Below are positions 34,811 to 45,289 of a stretch of 64,000 nucleotides of DNA, piece by piece. Under the pieces are notes generated by a model that searched no databases, was not told the DNA's origin, and saw only the letters and a list, made by a program, of their open reading frames with translations. The stretch is taken from the NCBI GenBank assembly GCA_028715345.1, contig JAQUSB010000007.1:2287-66286 (forward strand), written 5' to 3'. How positions within the stretch are numbered: the stretch's first letter is position 1; every line of letters begins with the position of its first letter. Origin of the DNA: Candidatus Omnitrophota bacterium (GTDB lineage: Bacteria > Omnitrophota > Gorgyraeia > 2-01-FULL-45-10). Position numbers and translations under genes: made by a program.

Positions 34811-35488
34811 CTAAAGCCCCAGGACTTCCTTCATAGTGAACAACCCCTTCTTCTTACCGGCTACAAACTTTGCCGCCTGGAGGGCGCCTTTGGCAAATAT
34901 ATCGCGGGTCTTGGCGCTATGGGTGATCTCGATCAGGTCGACATTGGATTCGAATGTTACGGTGTGTTCTCCGACCGTCTCGCCTTCGCGAATCGATTCT
35001 ATCGGTACATCCGCGCCGCCCCTCGCTTCTTTAATAACGCGGGCGATCTCCTTAGCCGTCCCGCTGGGCGCGTCTTTTTTATGCACATGATGCGCTTCCA
35101 CTATCTCCGCATTGTAGTCCTGCCCCAATACCTTAGCGGCATCTTTGACTATTTTGAACAGCAGGTTCACCCCTATGGACATGTTCGGCGAAAATGCGAT
35201 CGGTATATTGGCCGAAGCCGCCTCGATCTTGCTTCTCTGGTCGTCGGATAACCCCGTGGTCCCTATGACCATCGCCTTTTTATGCTTTTCGCATAGAGCA
35301 AGATGCTCTATCGTGGCCTGGGGGGTCGTGAATTCTATCAGGCAATCGGTCGATTCTATGAATTGTTCCGGATTTTCCTCTATGGCATCGAAAGCCCCGC
35401 AGACCTTCAGGTCCGGGTCTTCTTTTGCCAGATCCACTATCCTGGAGCCCATCTTACCGCTGGAACCGCTGACACATATTTTGGTCAT
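34811..35488 (-). CDS. dapB: 4-hydroxy-tetrahydrodipicolinate reductase
   Basis: N-terminal GSSGKMG Rossmann fold. DapB family. Confidence 0.85.
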   Translation of the reverse strand: MTKICVSGSSGKMGSRIVDLAKEDPDLKVCGAFDAIEENPEQFIESTDCLIEFTTPQATIEHLALCEKHKKAMVIGTTGLSDDQRSKIEAASANIPIAFSPNMSIGVNLLFKIVKDAAKVLGQDYNAEIVEAHHVHKKDAPSGTAKEIARVIKEARGGADVPIESIREGETVGEHTVTFESNVDLIEITHSAKTRDIFAKGALQAAKFVAGKKKGLFTMKEVLGL

Positions 35489-35505
35489 TATTCACTTCCT
35501 TCTCA

Positions 35506-36381
35506 TTAGATAAGTTCGTATTCCTTGAGCGCCTTGACGAGTTTCTCCCTGTTTTCCGGCATCATATCGCATAACGGCAGCCGCATCTCGGGGCTGGATA
35601 GTTTCATAAGCCCCATCGCCGTCTTCACAGGTATCGGGTTCGTCTCGACGAACATCGCCTTGATAAGCGGCAGCATCTTGTAATGCAGGCTTTCGGCTTT
35701 CTTCAGGTCGCCCTTCTCGAACGCGGCGCACATATCCGCGACGTCGCGCGGGATGATGTTCGCGACTACGGAAATTATCCCGACGCCGCCTATCGCCATC
35801 ACGGGAAGCGTAAGCGCGTCATCGCCCGATATGAGTAAAAAGTCCTTCGGACAAAGCTTCTTTATCCTCGACATCTGTTCGAGCGACCCGCTCGCTTCTT
35901 TTACGCCTATTATGTTCTTGATCCCGGCCAATTTGGCGAATGTCTCAGGCTCTACGTTAACACCGGTGCGTGAAGCTATATTGTAAAGTATTATAGGTAT
36001 ATCTACCGCCTCGGCGATCGCCTTAAAATGCAGGTAGAGGCCTTTTTGCGTCGGGCGGTTATAATAAGGATTGACCTGCAGCGACGCGTCGGCGCCGGCC
36101 TTCTTTGCGTGCTTTGTGAGCGCTATGGCCTCATCCGTAGAATTTGACCCTGTGCCGGCTATTACGGGGACCCGGCCGCGGGTAAATTGTATGGTGAGCT
36201 CTATCACCTTGTCGTGTTCTTCATAATTAAGGGTGGCGGATTCGCCCGTAGTCCCGCACGGGACGAGCGCGGACGTGCCGTTCTTTATGTGGAACTCGAT
36301 CAGCTCTTTCAGGGTCTTTTCGTCGACCTTGTTATTCTTGAAAGGCGTAACCAATGCTACCATCGATCCTTTAAATGTCAT
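35506..36381 (-). CDS. dapA: 4-hydroxy-tetrahydrodipicolinate synthase
   Basis: TALVTPF, GTTGE motifs. Confidence 0.85.
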   Translation of the reverse strand: MTFKGSMVALVTPFKNNKVDEKTLKELIEFHIKNGTSALVPCGTTGESATLNYEEHDKVIELTIQFTRGRVPVIAGTGSNSTDEAIALTKHAKKAGADASLQVNPYYNRPTQKGLYLHFKAIAEAVDIPIILYNIASRTGVNVEPETFAKLAGIKNIIGVKEASGSLEQMSRIKKLCPKDFLLISGDDALTLPVMAIGGVGIISVVANIIPRDVADMCAAFEKGDLKKAESLHYKMLPLIKAMFVETNPIPVKTAMGLMKLSSPEMRLPLCDMMPENREKLVKALKEYELI

Positions 36382-37180
36382 TTGTCTCTCCCTCGTAAAC
36401 TAACTGCGCTCTTCCTTCTAGATATACGTTCCTGAAATTCCCGCCTACCATTTCAAAATATACCTTAACTTTTTCGCCGCTGCGCGTCTCGACCGTCACG
36501 GGCGAGGACATATTCTCCGTCTCCGCCGATATTATGGCGCTTGCGACCGCGCCCGTGCCGCAGGCGAGCGTCTCATCCTCTACCCCGCGCTCATATGTCC
36601 TGACGCTTATCGTATGTTTGTTCACGACTTTTACGAAATCGGCATTCGTCCCTTCGGGCGAAAATTCATTGTGATTACGTATATGAGAACCCAGATTTTT
36701 TACATCTATTTTTTCAAGGTCATTTATAAAATGGATAGTATGCGGAACGCCCGTGTTGGCAAAACTTACCTTGTAAGGGCACTTATTTATCATAAGGCAC
36801 AGGTTCCACTTGATATCTTTCGGGTCGGTCAGCTTTATCTTTACGACATCGCCTTTTACTTCCGCGTCGAGCGTGCCGGCCAAAGTCTCTATTGCCATCT
36901 TCGTTTTCGCTATCTTTTTAACCGCGGCGTAAAGAGCTATGCACCTTGAGCCGTTGCCGCACATTTCCGCTTCACTGCCGTCGGAATTAAAGATGCGCAT
37001 TTTGAAGTCGGCCTTCTTTGACGGCTCGACGACCAGGAGGCCGTCGGCCCCTACCGCCCTCTTCCTGTCGCATAATCTCTTCGCAAGCGCCGCGAGGCCC
37101 GCGATCTTACCCGGTCTGTTATCGATTATGACGAAGTCGTTCCCCGTCGCTACCGCTTTCGTAAATTTCAAGCGTCTCAC
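36371..37180 (-). CDS. dapF: diaminopimelate epimerase
   Basis: FTKAVATGNDFVIID ... CGNG and GTGA catalytic cysteine motifs. Confidence 0.85.
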   Translation of the reverse strand: MRRLKFTKAVATGNDFVIIDNRPGKIAGLAALAKRLCDRKRAVGADGLLVVEPSKKADFKMRIFNSDGSEAEMCGNGSRCIALYAAVKKIAKTKMAIETLAGTLDAEVKGDVVKIKLTDPKDIKWNLCLMINKCPYKVSFANTGVPHTIHFINDLEKIDVKNLGSHIRNHNEFSPEGTNADFVKVVNKHTISVRTYERGVEDETLACGTGAVASAIISAETENMSSPVTVETRSGEKVKVYFEMVGGNFRNVYLEGRAQLVYEGETNDI

Positions 37181-38433
37181 TTGAGCACCTTCGGTATTGT
37201 TTCGCCGCGCACAAGGTCTTTGTACGTTTCGCCTTTGCGGACGACATAAAATTTATTCCTTATCACCATGACCTCCGAGCCGCGAGGCCTGGAATTATAA
37301 TTGCTCGACATCGTAAAGCCGTATGCGCCCGCACCCATCACCGCCACAAGGCTTCCCGGCCGCATATACGGCAGATACCTGTCTTTACCGAGGAAATCTC
37401 CGGACTCGCAGATAGGCCCCACCACATCCACCTTCTCGGCCGTCGCGGAAGAATCCCGGGGAACGCTCACCGGCACTATCTTGTGATACGCCTCGTAAAG
37501 GCTCGGCCTGATCAGGTCGCTCATCCCGCTGTCGACGATGACGAAAGTCTTACGCGGCGTCCTCTTCGTGTAGAGGACCTTCGTGACCAGTATGCCGCTG
37601 TTGCCGGAGACGAACCTGCCCGGCTCGAGTATTATCTTAAGCCCCGACCTCTTCAAAAGCGGCAGTATGGACTTCGCGAAACTTTTCGCCGTCTGCGGGT
37701 TCTCGATAGAATAAACTATGCCGAGCCCGCCGCCGATATTGAAATATTCCACGTCTATCTTGTATTCTTTCAAAAATTCCAGGACCTTCTTTATCGCTTC
37801 CGTGAAAGGCGCCGCGTCCAATATCTGAGACCCGATATGCATCTGCACGCCGCATATATTCAGGCTGGGATATTTCCACCTCGAATTGAATATCTTATGA
37901 ACCGTTTCGAAATCAAGGCCGAACTTGCTCTCACCCTTTCCCGTCGCTATATATTTATGCGTTTTCGGTATGATGTCGGGGTTTATCCTTATGGCGACGT
38001 TCACTTTTTTCTTCAATTTCGCGGCCGCCTTCTCGATCTGGCCGAGCTCTTCTTCGGATTCGGCGTCAAAGAATAATATCCCGAACTTTATCGCGCTCTC
38101 GATCTCATCGCGCTTCTTACCCACTCCGGCATAGACGACCTTTTTCGGATCCACTCCCGCGATCTTAGCTTTATACAATTCCCCGCCCGAGACTATGTCG
38201 AGCCCGGCGCCGTTTTTCACGAGCGCTCGAAGCACTGCGAGGCTTGAATTTGACTTCACCGAAAAGCATATGAGCGGTTTTATCGACGAGAACGCGCTCT
38301 TTATCTTTTTGTAGTGGTCTATCAGCGTCTTGTAGCTGTAAAGGTAGAAAGGCGTGGGGACTTTTTTGGCGATATCCGAAACCTTTATATTCTCGCAATA
38401 AAATTCGTTATTTTTGAACGTGAATTCATGCAT
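37177..38433 (-). CDS. lysA: diaminopimelate decarboxylase
   Basis: PLP fold-III decarboxylase (FSVKSN, GGG motifs). Confidence 0.85.
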   Translation of the reverse strand: MHEFTFKNNEFYCENIKVSDIAKKVPTPFYLYSYKTLIDHYKKIKSAFSSIKPLICFSVKSNSSLAVLRALVKNGAGLDIVSGGELYKAKIAGVDPKKVVYAGVGKKRDEIESAIKFGILFFDAESEEELGQIEKAAAKLKKKVNVAIRINPDIIPKTHKYIATGKGESKFGLDFETVHKIFNSRWKYPSLNICGVQMHIGSQILDAAPFTEAIKKVLEFLKEYKIDVEYFNIGGGLGIVYSIENPQTAKSFAKSILPLLKRSGLKIILEPGRFVSGNSGILVTKVLYTKRTPRKTFVIVDSGMSDLIRPSLYEAYHKIVPVSVPRDSSATAEKVDVVGPICESGDFLGKDRYLPYMRPGSLVAVMGAGAYGFTMSSNYNSRPRGSEVMVIRNKFYVVRKGETYKDLVRGETIPKVLK

Positions 38434-38447
38434 GATTTAATACCCTG

Positions 38448-39809
38448 CTATCCTCTCTTTAGCGACTTCTTCGATTCGACCGAAGTTTTCGGGTCGAGTA
38501 ATTTGACGATGTCCGATTTTTTGAACGATGCGGAAAATTTGCCGAGCTCCCGCTCCGTCATACTCTTTATCTCGACTGAATTATCGATCGAATATTTGAC
38601 GAGCTTGCCTACGATCGTATGCGCGTTCTTGAACGCCACGCCCTTACCTACCAGGTAATAGACGAGATCGGTGGCGTACAAAGACTCGTCCTCCAGGTGC
38701 TGTTCTATCTTCGCTTTATTGAATTTAAGCCCCTTCACCAGGCCGCTCAATACCGCAAGTTCGGCCGATACTATTTCTATCGAATCGAACAACGGCTCCT
38801 TATCGAGCTGCATATCCCTGTTATAGGTAAGCGGCAGCCCTTTCATCATCGCCAGTACGCTCATGAGATTACCGTATAACCTGCCGGTGTATCCTCTCAC
38901 CAGCTCCAGCACGTCCGGATTCTTCTTCTGCGGCATAAGGCTTGAACCCGTGCAGAAAGCATCGTCGATGGAAATGAACCCGAACTCTTTCGATGACCAG
39001 ATTATGATGTCCTCGGATAATCTCGAAAGGTGCATGCCTATGATAGCCGCCGTATTCAGCACTTCTATCACAAAGTCCCTGTCGCTCACGGAATCGAGCG
39101 AATTTACCGTCGGCTGTAATTTAAAAGACTTCCTGAGGTCCTTATTTCCTTTAATGTATCCGGAGACGTCGACGTTATATTTCGCCGCGTCTATCGGAGT
39201 GCCGGCAAGGGCTCCGGCGCCCATGGTCAATTCTATATTCTTAGCGGCTACCCACGTCCTGTCATAATCCCGCTTCAGCATCTCGCCGTAAGCCATAAGG
39301 TAATCCATCAGGTAGACGGGCTGGGCATGCTGCATATGAGTAAAGCCGGGAATAACGACGTCGCTATTCTTCGCCGCCAGTTCGCACAACGTTATGTCGA
39401 GATCGACGAGCGCTTCCTGCAATTTCATCAGCCCGGCCTTGCAGTACAGCTTCGTCGCGAACACTACCTGCTCATTCCGCGACCGGGCGGTGTGGAGCTT
39501 CATTACCAGATCGCCCACCTTCGCCTGCAGCTTGTTCTGGATGTCGGTGTGTATGTCCTCGCACGAGAGATCCGGCTTAAAAGTCCCGTCCTTAACGGCG
39601 GAATACAGCGCCTTAAGGCCGCTCTCAAGTTTCGCTTTCTCTGTTTTATTGAGATATCCGGCATTCTTTAGTATCTGGATATGGACGAGCGATCCTATAA
39701 TGTCGTACTCGGCCAGCTTGTAGTCGTATTGCACGGACCGGGTAAATTCCTCGACGAGCGGATCGGTCGCCTTCGCGAATCTCCCACCCCAAAGTTTTTT
39801 AGCCATCAT
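38448..39809 (-). CDS. argH: argininosuccinate lyase
   Basis: WGGRF N-terminus. Fumarate-lyase signature GSSLMPQKKN. Confidence 0.9.
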   Translation of the reverse strand: MMAKKLWGGRFAKATDPLVEEFTRSVQYDYKLAEYDIIGSLVHIQILKNAGYLNKTEKAKLESGLKALYSAVKDGTFKPDLSCEDIHTDIQNKLQAKVGDLVMKLHTARSRNEQVVFATKLYCKAGLMKLQEALVDLDITLCELAAKNSDVVIPGFTHMQHAQPVYLMDYLMAYGEMLKRDYDRTWVAAKNIELTMGAGALAGTPIDAAKYNVDVSGYIKGNKDLRKSFKLQPTVNSLDSVSDRDFVIEVLNTAAIIGMHLSRLSEDIIIWSSKEFGFISIDDAFCTGSSLMPQKKNPDVLELVRGYTGRLYGNLMSVLAMMKGLPLTYNRDMQLDKEPLFDSIEIVSAELAVLSGLVKGLKFNKAKIEQHLEDESLYATDLVYYLVGKGVAFKNAHTIVGKLVKYSIDNSVEIKSMTERELGKFSASFKKSDIVKLLDPKTSVESKKSLKRG

Positions 39810-39895
39810 CTTCTCCCGTCTTCAATGTAAAATTTTTCGCTCTGCACGTCCTTGCGAACCACTTTGACACAGCACATTCTACTGTGCCAAAAATT

Positions 39896-41086
39896 TTACT
39901 TCCCCTTCCTGTATGATCCTCTATACGGCAAGCCCCATATCTCTATGAAACCTTTTGCAAGGGACTGATCGAATACATCGCCTTTTTCGTAAGTAGCCAG
40001 CTCCTTCTTATATAAGGAATCCGGCGATTTTCTGCCGACGACCGAACATGTGCCTTTATGCAATTTCAGCCGGACGGTGCCGTTCACGACAGCCTGCGTC
40101 TCGTCTACGAATTTATCGAGCGCTTCTTTAAGCGGCGTATACCAAAGCCCGTAATAAGTGAGCTCGGAATATTTCTGCGCTACCAGCTCTTTAAAATGCA
40201 AAGTCTCCCTGTCGAGAGTGAGCGCTTCGAGCGCTTTGTGCGCCTTATACAGCACCCATCCTGCCGGAGCTTCGTATATCTCGCGGCTCTTTATGCCGAC
40301 GAGCCGGTTCTCGATCATGTCGCTGCGCCCGACGCCGGCGTCACCGGCTATTCTGGCGAGCTTAGTTATGAGGCTCACGCCGTCCGCAGCCTTGCCGTTC
40401 AATTTTACGGGAACGCCTTTTTTGAATTCGACCTCGACGTAGGCAGGCTTCGCCGCTGCCTTATCTATTCCTTTCGTAAGTTGATATATATCTTCGTCAG
40501 GCTCGTAATAAGGATCTTCCAGCTTCCCACTTTCAATCGATATTCCCCAAAGATTAACATCAATCGAGTATGGCTTCTTCTTCGTTGTGTCGATGGGGAT
40601 ATTATTATCCTTCGCATATTCTATCTCTTCTGATCTTGTCTTTAATTCCCATTCCCTGACCGGGGCAAGTATCTTTAAGCTCGGATCGATGGAGTTTACG
40701 GTAACTTCGAATCTCACCTGGTCGTTGCCCTTACCGGTACAGCCGTGCGCTACGTATTTGGCGCCTTCACGCTGGGCGGTGCGGACTAACCCTTTCGCTA
40801 TAATGGGCCGTGACAGCGCCGTAGCCAGCAAATACCCGTTCTCGTAAATGGCGCCGGCCTTGAGCGCTTTAAACACAAAATCTTTCACGAATTCATCGCG
40901 CAGGTCTTCGACCACTACCTTTACAGCGCCCGTCGCGAGCGCCCTTTTCTTATACGCCGCGAAATCGGACTCCTGCCCGACATCCGCCATGTAGGCTATG
41001 ACGTCGTAGCCGCGGTTCGTAAGCCATTTTATTATTACCGAAGTATCGAGCCCGCCCGAATAAGCAAGAACAACTCTATCTTTCAT
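39896..41086 (-). CDS. argG: argininosuccinate synthase
   Basis: AYSGGLDTS PP-loop. Confidence 0.9.
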   Translation of the reverse strand: MKDRVVLAYSGGLDTSVIIKWLTNRGYDVIAYMADVGQESDFAAYKKRALATGAVKVVVEDLRDEFVKDFVFKALKAGAIYENGYLLATALSRPIIAKGLVRTAQREGAKYVAHGCTGKGNDQVRFEVTVNSIDPSLKILAPVREWELKTRSEEIEYAKDNNIPIDTTKKKPYSIDVNLWGISIESGKLEDPYYEPDEDIYQLTKGIDKAAAKPAYVEVEFKKGVPVKLNGKAADGVSLITKLARIAGDAGVGRSDMIENRLVGIKSREIYEAPAGWVLYKAHKALEALTLDRETLHFKELVAQKYSELTYYGLWYTPLKEALDKFVDETQAVVNGTVRLKLHKGTCSVVGRKSPDSLYKKELATYEKGDVFDQSLAKGFIEIWGLPYRGSYRKGK

Positions 41087-41100
41087 AGTTCCCCTCTATT

Positions 41101-42015
41101 CTATTGTAATAATTTTAAAAGTATCGCTTTCTGCACATGCATCCTATTCTCCGCCTGGTCATATACGACGGAGTTTTTCGAGTCTATCACCGAATCCGTT
41201 ATCTCCTGCCCGCGATTGGCCGGCAGGCAATGCATCACTAAACAACCCTTCTTCGCAAGTTTCATCAAATTATCATTGATCTGGAAGCCCTTGAATGCTT
41301 TCAGCCGCTTCTTGGCATCCTTTTCCTGGCCCATGCTCACCCACACATCCGTATATATGACATCGGCGCCCTTTGCCGCAGCATTAGGGTCATTCGATAT
41401 CCATATCTTCGCACCAGACTCTTTGGCAAATTTCTTCGCTATGTCCACGATGTCTTCTTCCGGTTCATAACCTTTGGGCGAGGCGATCTTCATATCGAGG
41501 CCTACTTTTGCCGCCGTCATCATAAGCGAATTCAGGACGTTATTACCGTCTCCTATATAAGCGAGCGTAATGCCTTTAAAAGTGCCGAGCTTCTCTTTTA
41601 TCGTAAATATATCCGTCAGGGCCTGGCAAGGATGGGCTCGGTCGGACAGCCCGTTTATCACGGGGACATCCGCATACAAAGCGAGCTCCTTTATGTCGTC
41701 GTGGTTATAGGTCCGCGCGACAATGCCGTCGAGGTAACGCGACAATACGCACGCCACGTCTTTGACCGACTCCCTGCCGCCCATATCTATCTCATCAGGG
41801 CCCAGGTAAAGAGCGTTACCGCCCAGCTGGATCATCCCTATCTCGAACGAAACTCGCGTCCTGTTCGACGGCTTCTGGAATATCAGCCCTATCGATCTGC
41901 CTTTCATCGCGTCGGTATATTTGGCCTTATCGGCTTTCACTTTCTCCGTCAGGCTGAAGATGTCGGATATGCCCTGCGTATCGAGGCACTGTATGGATAT
42001 CAGGTCTTCCTTCAT
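41101..42015 (-). CDS. argF: ornithine carbamoyltransferase
   Basis: STRTR ... HCLP motifs. Confidence 0.85.
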   Translation of the reverse strand: MKEDLISIQCLDTQGISDIFSLTEKVKADKAKYTDAMKGRSIGLIFQKPSNRTRVSFEIGMIQLGGNALYLGPDEIDMGGRESVKDVACVLSRYLDGIVARTYNHDDIKELALYADVPVINGLSDRAHPCQALTDIFTIKEKLGTFKGITLAYIGDGNNVLNSLMMTAAKVGLDMKIASPKGYEPEEDIVDIAKKFAKESGAKIWISNDPNAAAKGADVIYTDVWVSMGQEKDAKKRLKAFKGFQINDNLMKLAKKGCLVMHCLPANRGQEITDSVIDSKNSVVYDQAENRMHVQKAILLKLLQ

Positions 42016-42032
42016 AACGCACCGGTCTTTCT

Positions 42033-43217
42033 TTATTTTCGTGAAAATACCTTGTCCAATATCGAAACGGCCTTATCGATCTCGGCCTTCGTGACATTCA
42101 AAGGCGGCATTATCCGCAATATGGATCCTTGCGTGCAATTTATAAGCAGCCCCGCGTTCAAACATTCCTTATAAATATCGTCGCCTTTAATGCTGAGCTC
42201 AACGCCTATTATTAACGCGACGGAGCGTATCTCTTTTATGAAACGGTATTTCTTCTTAAGCTCTTCGAGCTTCTTCTTCATATACGCGCCCATCTTAGTC
42301 GCGTTTTGGATCAATTTTTCCTTCTTTATCGCCTCGAACACGGCTAGGGCCGCGGCGCATACTATAGGCGAACCGCCGAAAGTCGACGCGTGAGTGCCCG
42401 GCGTGAGGACATCCGCGAATTTTCCCCGCGCTACGCAAACGCCTATCGGCAATCCTCCGCCGATCGCCTTGGCGAGCGTCATCATATCCGGCTCGATGCC
42501 GTAATTCTGGTAAGCGAACATTCTGCCCGAGCGGCCCATGCCTGTCTGCACCTCGTCCAATACCAGCGCAATGTCTTTCTCGTCGCACAGAGCGCGCAGG
42601 GCTCTCATATATTCGAGGCTCGCTATGTTTATTCCGCCCTCGCATTGTATCGGCTCGAGCATAATAGCGGCCGTCTTGTCTGTCACTGCTTCTTTAACAG
42701 CCTCGATATCATTGAACGGTACGTGTACAAATCCTGACGGAAGCGGCTCGAATCCAAGTTTTACTTTATCCTGCCCCGTCGCCGTGATCATAGCGAGCGT
42801 CCTTCCGTGGAACGATTTTGTCATCGTTATAACTTCGTACCTGCCTTTATCGTGGCCGTATTTTCGCGCAAGCTTCACACTGGCCTCATTTGCCTCGGCG
42901 CCGGAGTTCGCGAAGAAAACTTTACCGGGGTAAGAATTTTTTATTATCTCCTCCGCCAGAAGAGCCTGCAGCTCGCTGTAATAATTGTTCGATACGTGCA
43001 AAAGCTTCTTTGACTGTTTATTTATCGCGGCGACCACTCTCGGATGGCAATGGCCTATTCCCGACACCGCCCATCCCGGGAAGAAATCGATGTAAGTTTT
43101 GCCGTCGATATCCCACAGCTTCGCGCCTTTAGCCTTTTCTATGCACAAAGGGAAGCGCGAATATGTCTTCATTACATATTTGTCGTACAACGATACTATT
43201 TTTTCCGTCTTGTTCAT
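42033..43217 (-). CDS. argD: acetylornithine aminotransferase
   Basis: Class-III aminotransferase. I place the start at MNKTEKIV (ATG 43217..43215), which overlaps the argB stop as ATGA. The longer track ORF (to 43334) is an upstream extension that overlaps argB. Confidence 0.8.
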   Translation of the reverse strand: MNKTEKIVSLYDKYVMKTYSRFPLCIEKAKGAKLWDIDGKTYIDFFPGWAVSGIGHCHPRVVAAINKQSKKLLHVSNNYYSELQALLAEEIIKNSYPGKVFFANSGAEANEASVKLARKYGHDKGRYEVITMTKSFHGRTLAMITATGQDKVKLGFEPLPSGFVHVPFNDIEAVKEAVTDKTAAIMLEPIQCEGGINIASLEYMRALRALCDEKDIALVLDEVQTGMGRSGRMFAYQNYGIEPDMMTLAKAIGGGLPIGVCVARGKFADVLTPGTHASTFGGSPIVCAAALAVFEAIKKEKLIQNATKMGAYMKKKLEELKKKYRFIKEIRSVALIIGVELSIKGDDIYKECLNAGLLINCTQGSILRIMPPLNVTKAEIDKAVSILDKVFSRK

Positions 43218-44068
43218 TTTACTATTTCCGTTCCTATTCCTTTGTCTGTGAATATTTCCAAAAGCAGCGCGTGCGGGATACCCGCGTTCAGGATGTGCGC
43301 TTTCTTGACCCCGCCCTTTGTAGCGTTTATACACGCCCTGGCTTTCGGTATCATGCCGGCGTCTATGGTTTTATTTTTTATCAGGCGCTCTACTTCCGCC
43401 GCCTTTATCGTATTGTATAAAGTCTTCGGATTATTCTTATCTTTCATTATCCCGTTAACGTTCGTAAGCAGGACAAATTTTTCCGCTTTCAGCGCTATCG
43501 CGAGCGAATACGCCACATCATCGGCGTTCACATTATATATATGCCCGTCCCGGCCGATGCCTAAAGGATATATCACCGGTATTATATTGTCCTCGATAAG
43601 CTGCTTCACTACCGTGGTATCGACGGAGGTCACCTCGCCCACGTACCCGAGGTCGTATTCACACCGGAGCTTCCGGACCTTTATCATGCCGTTCTCTTTA
43701 CCGCTCAACCCGAAAGCCTTCGTGCCCATGCTCTTCAATGTGCTCACTATCTTTTTATTGATAGCGCCGAGCGCTTTATCGATCATGTGAAGAGACTGGC
43801 TGTCGGTAACCCGCCTGCCCTGGATGAATTTGGGTTCTATGCCGGAACGCTTCATCATCTTCGATATATACGGCCCTCCGCCGTGGACTATTATCGGCCG
43901 CATCCCGGCGTAGTTCATGAATATAATGTCCTCGAGAATACCCGCCTCGATGCCGCTGGCTTCGACGGCAGCTCCGCCGTATTTTATGACTACGGTCTTT
44001 TCGAAAAATTTACGTATATAAGGCAGTGCCTCGATGAGCACGTCGCTCTTCCGTATCGCTTCCTTCAT
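43214..44068 (-). CDS. argB: acetylglutamate kinase
   Basis: Amino-acid kinase family (VIKYGG). Confidence 0.85.
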   Translation of the reverse strand: MKEAIRKSDVLIEALPYIRKFFEKTVVIKYGGAAVEASGIEAGILEDIIFMNYAGMRPIIVHGGGPYISKMMKRSGIEPKFIQGRRVTDSQSLHMIDKALGAINKKIVSTLKSMGTKAFGLSGKENGMIKVRKLRCEYDLGYVGEVTSVDTTVVKQLIEDNIIPVIYPLGIGRDGHIYNVNADDVAYSLAIALKAEKFVLLTNVNGIMKDKNNPKTLYNTIKAAEVERLIKNKTIDAGMIPKARACINATKGGVKKAHILNAGIPHALLLEIFTDKGIGTEIVK

Positions 44069-45289
44069 TTATGTGCTGTACTCCGAATTTATCGCGACGT
44101 ACTCTTTCGAGAGATCGCATGTCCAGGCCGTCGCCTTATATCTTCCGTTCTTCAGGTCTACGGCTATCTTAACATTATTACCTTTAAAGAATTTGCGCGC
44201 TTTCTCTTTATCGTAACTTTTGGCGATCGCGCCGTTAGACAAAGCTTTCATCGCGCCTAAGTATATATCGGTCTTGTCGGGATCGAAACTGACCCCCGCC
44301 GCGCCGCATGCGGCCGCCACCCTGCCCCAATTCGGGTCTTCCCCGAAGACGGCGCATTTCAAAAGGTTCGAAGCAGATATCTTCCGCGCCGCCAGCTTCG
44401 CATCGAGCAAAGACTTGGCGCCCCTGACCTCTATCTCGATGAATTTTGTAGCTCCCTCGCCGTCCCGCGCAAGCATCTTCGCAAGCTCGATCGAGAGGAA
44501 TTTTAAACCTTCCACGAATTTTTTATACTCCTGATTTTTCTTCGTTATCTTTTTATTCCCCGCCATACCGTTGGCAAGGACAAAACAAGTGTCATTTGTG
44601 CTCATATCGCCGTCGACCGAGACCATATTGAACGAATCCCCGATAGATTCGCTCAAGGCCTCTTCGAGCATCCTCTTCGATATGGCAGCATCGGTCGCGA
44701 TAAAACATAACAGAGTAGCGTGTTTTTCGGCCTTCATTACCGGGTAGATCATGCCCACACCCTTACAGGCGCCGCCGATCGTCACCACTGACGAGCCCAA
44801 CTTCACCTTTACCGCGAACTCTTTAGCGACGGTGTCGGTCGTCATTATCGTCTCGGCGAATGTCCTGCCGCCCGCCTTCGATAAGCCGTCCACAAGCGGC
44901 GCGATATTGTTTCTGATCTTCTTTATCGGCAAAAGCTCACCGATTATACCGGTGGAAGCCACGAGGACTTCGCGCCTGTCGAGCCACAGCTTCTTCGCCG
45001 CGCACTCCGTCATGGCTACGGCGATCGCGTCGCCTGCCTTACCGTTCGCGCAATTGGCGTTGCCGCTATTGGCGATGACGGCCTGGTGCATCTTATTCTT
45101 TATATGAAGTTTGCTCACCTTTACCGGCGATGCCGCGAAATTGTTCGTCGTGAAAGCGGCAGCGGCGACGCAAGGGACCTCGGAATACAGGAGCGCCAGG
45201 TCTTTATTGCCGGATTTTTTTATCCCGGCCTTTACGCCGTTGGCTACGAAACCTTTAGCCGTAGCTACTCCGCCTTTCACTATTATCAT
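44069..45289 (-). CDS. argJ: bifunctional glutamate N-acetyltransferase/amino-acid acetyltransferase
   Basis: ArgJ family, including the ATML-type self-cleavage region. Confidence 0.85.
   Translation of the reverse strand: MIIVKGGVATAKGFVANGVKAGIKKSGNKDLALLYSEVPCVAAAAFTTNNFAASPVKVSKLHIKNKMHQAVIANSGNANCANGKAGDAIAVAMTECAAKKLWLDRREVLVASTGIIGELLPIKKIRNNIAPLVDGLSKAGGRTFAETIMTTDTVAKEFAVKVKLGSSVVTIGGACKGVGMIYPVMKAEKHATLLCFIATDAAISKRMLEEALSESIGDSFNMVSVDGDMSTNDTCFVLANGMAGNKKITKKNQEYKKFVEGLKFLSIELAKMLARDGEGATKFIEIEVRGAKSLLDAKLAARKISASNLLKCAVFGEDPNWGRVAAACGAAGVSFDPDKTDIYLGAMKALSNGAIAKSYDKEKARKFFKGNNVKIAVDLKNGRYKATAWTCDLSKEYVAINSEYST

Noticed and set aside
43218-43334. Upstream extension of the argD track ORF (MYKRYKGRGQESAHPERGY...)
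   Set aside because: It overlaps the argB coding region in another frame. A conserved MNKTEKIV start with an ATGA overlap to the argB stop fits better.
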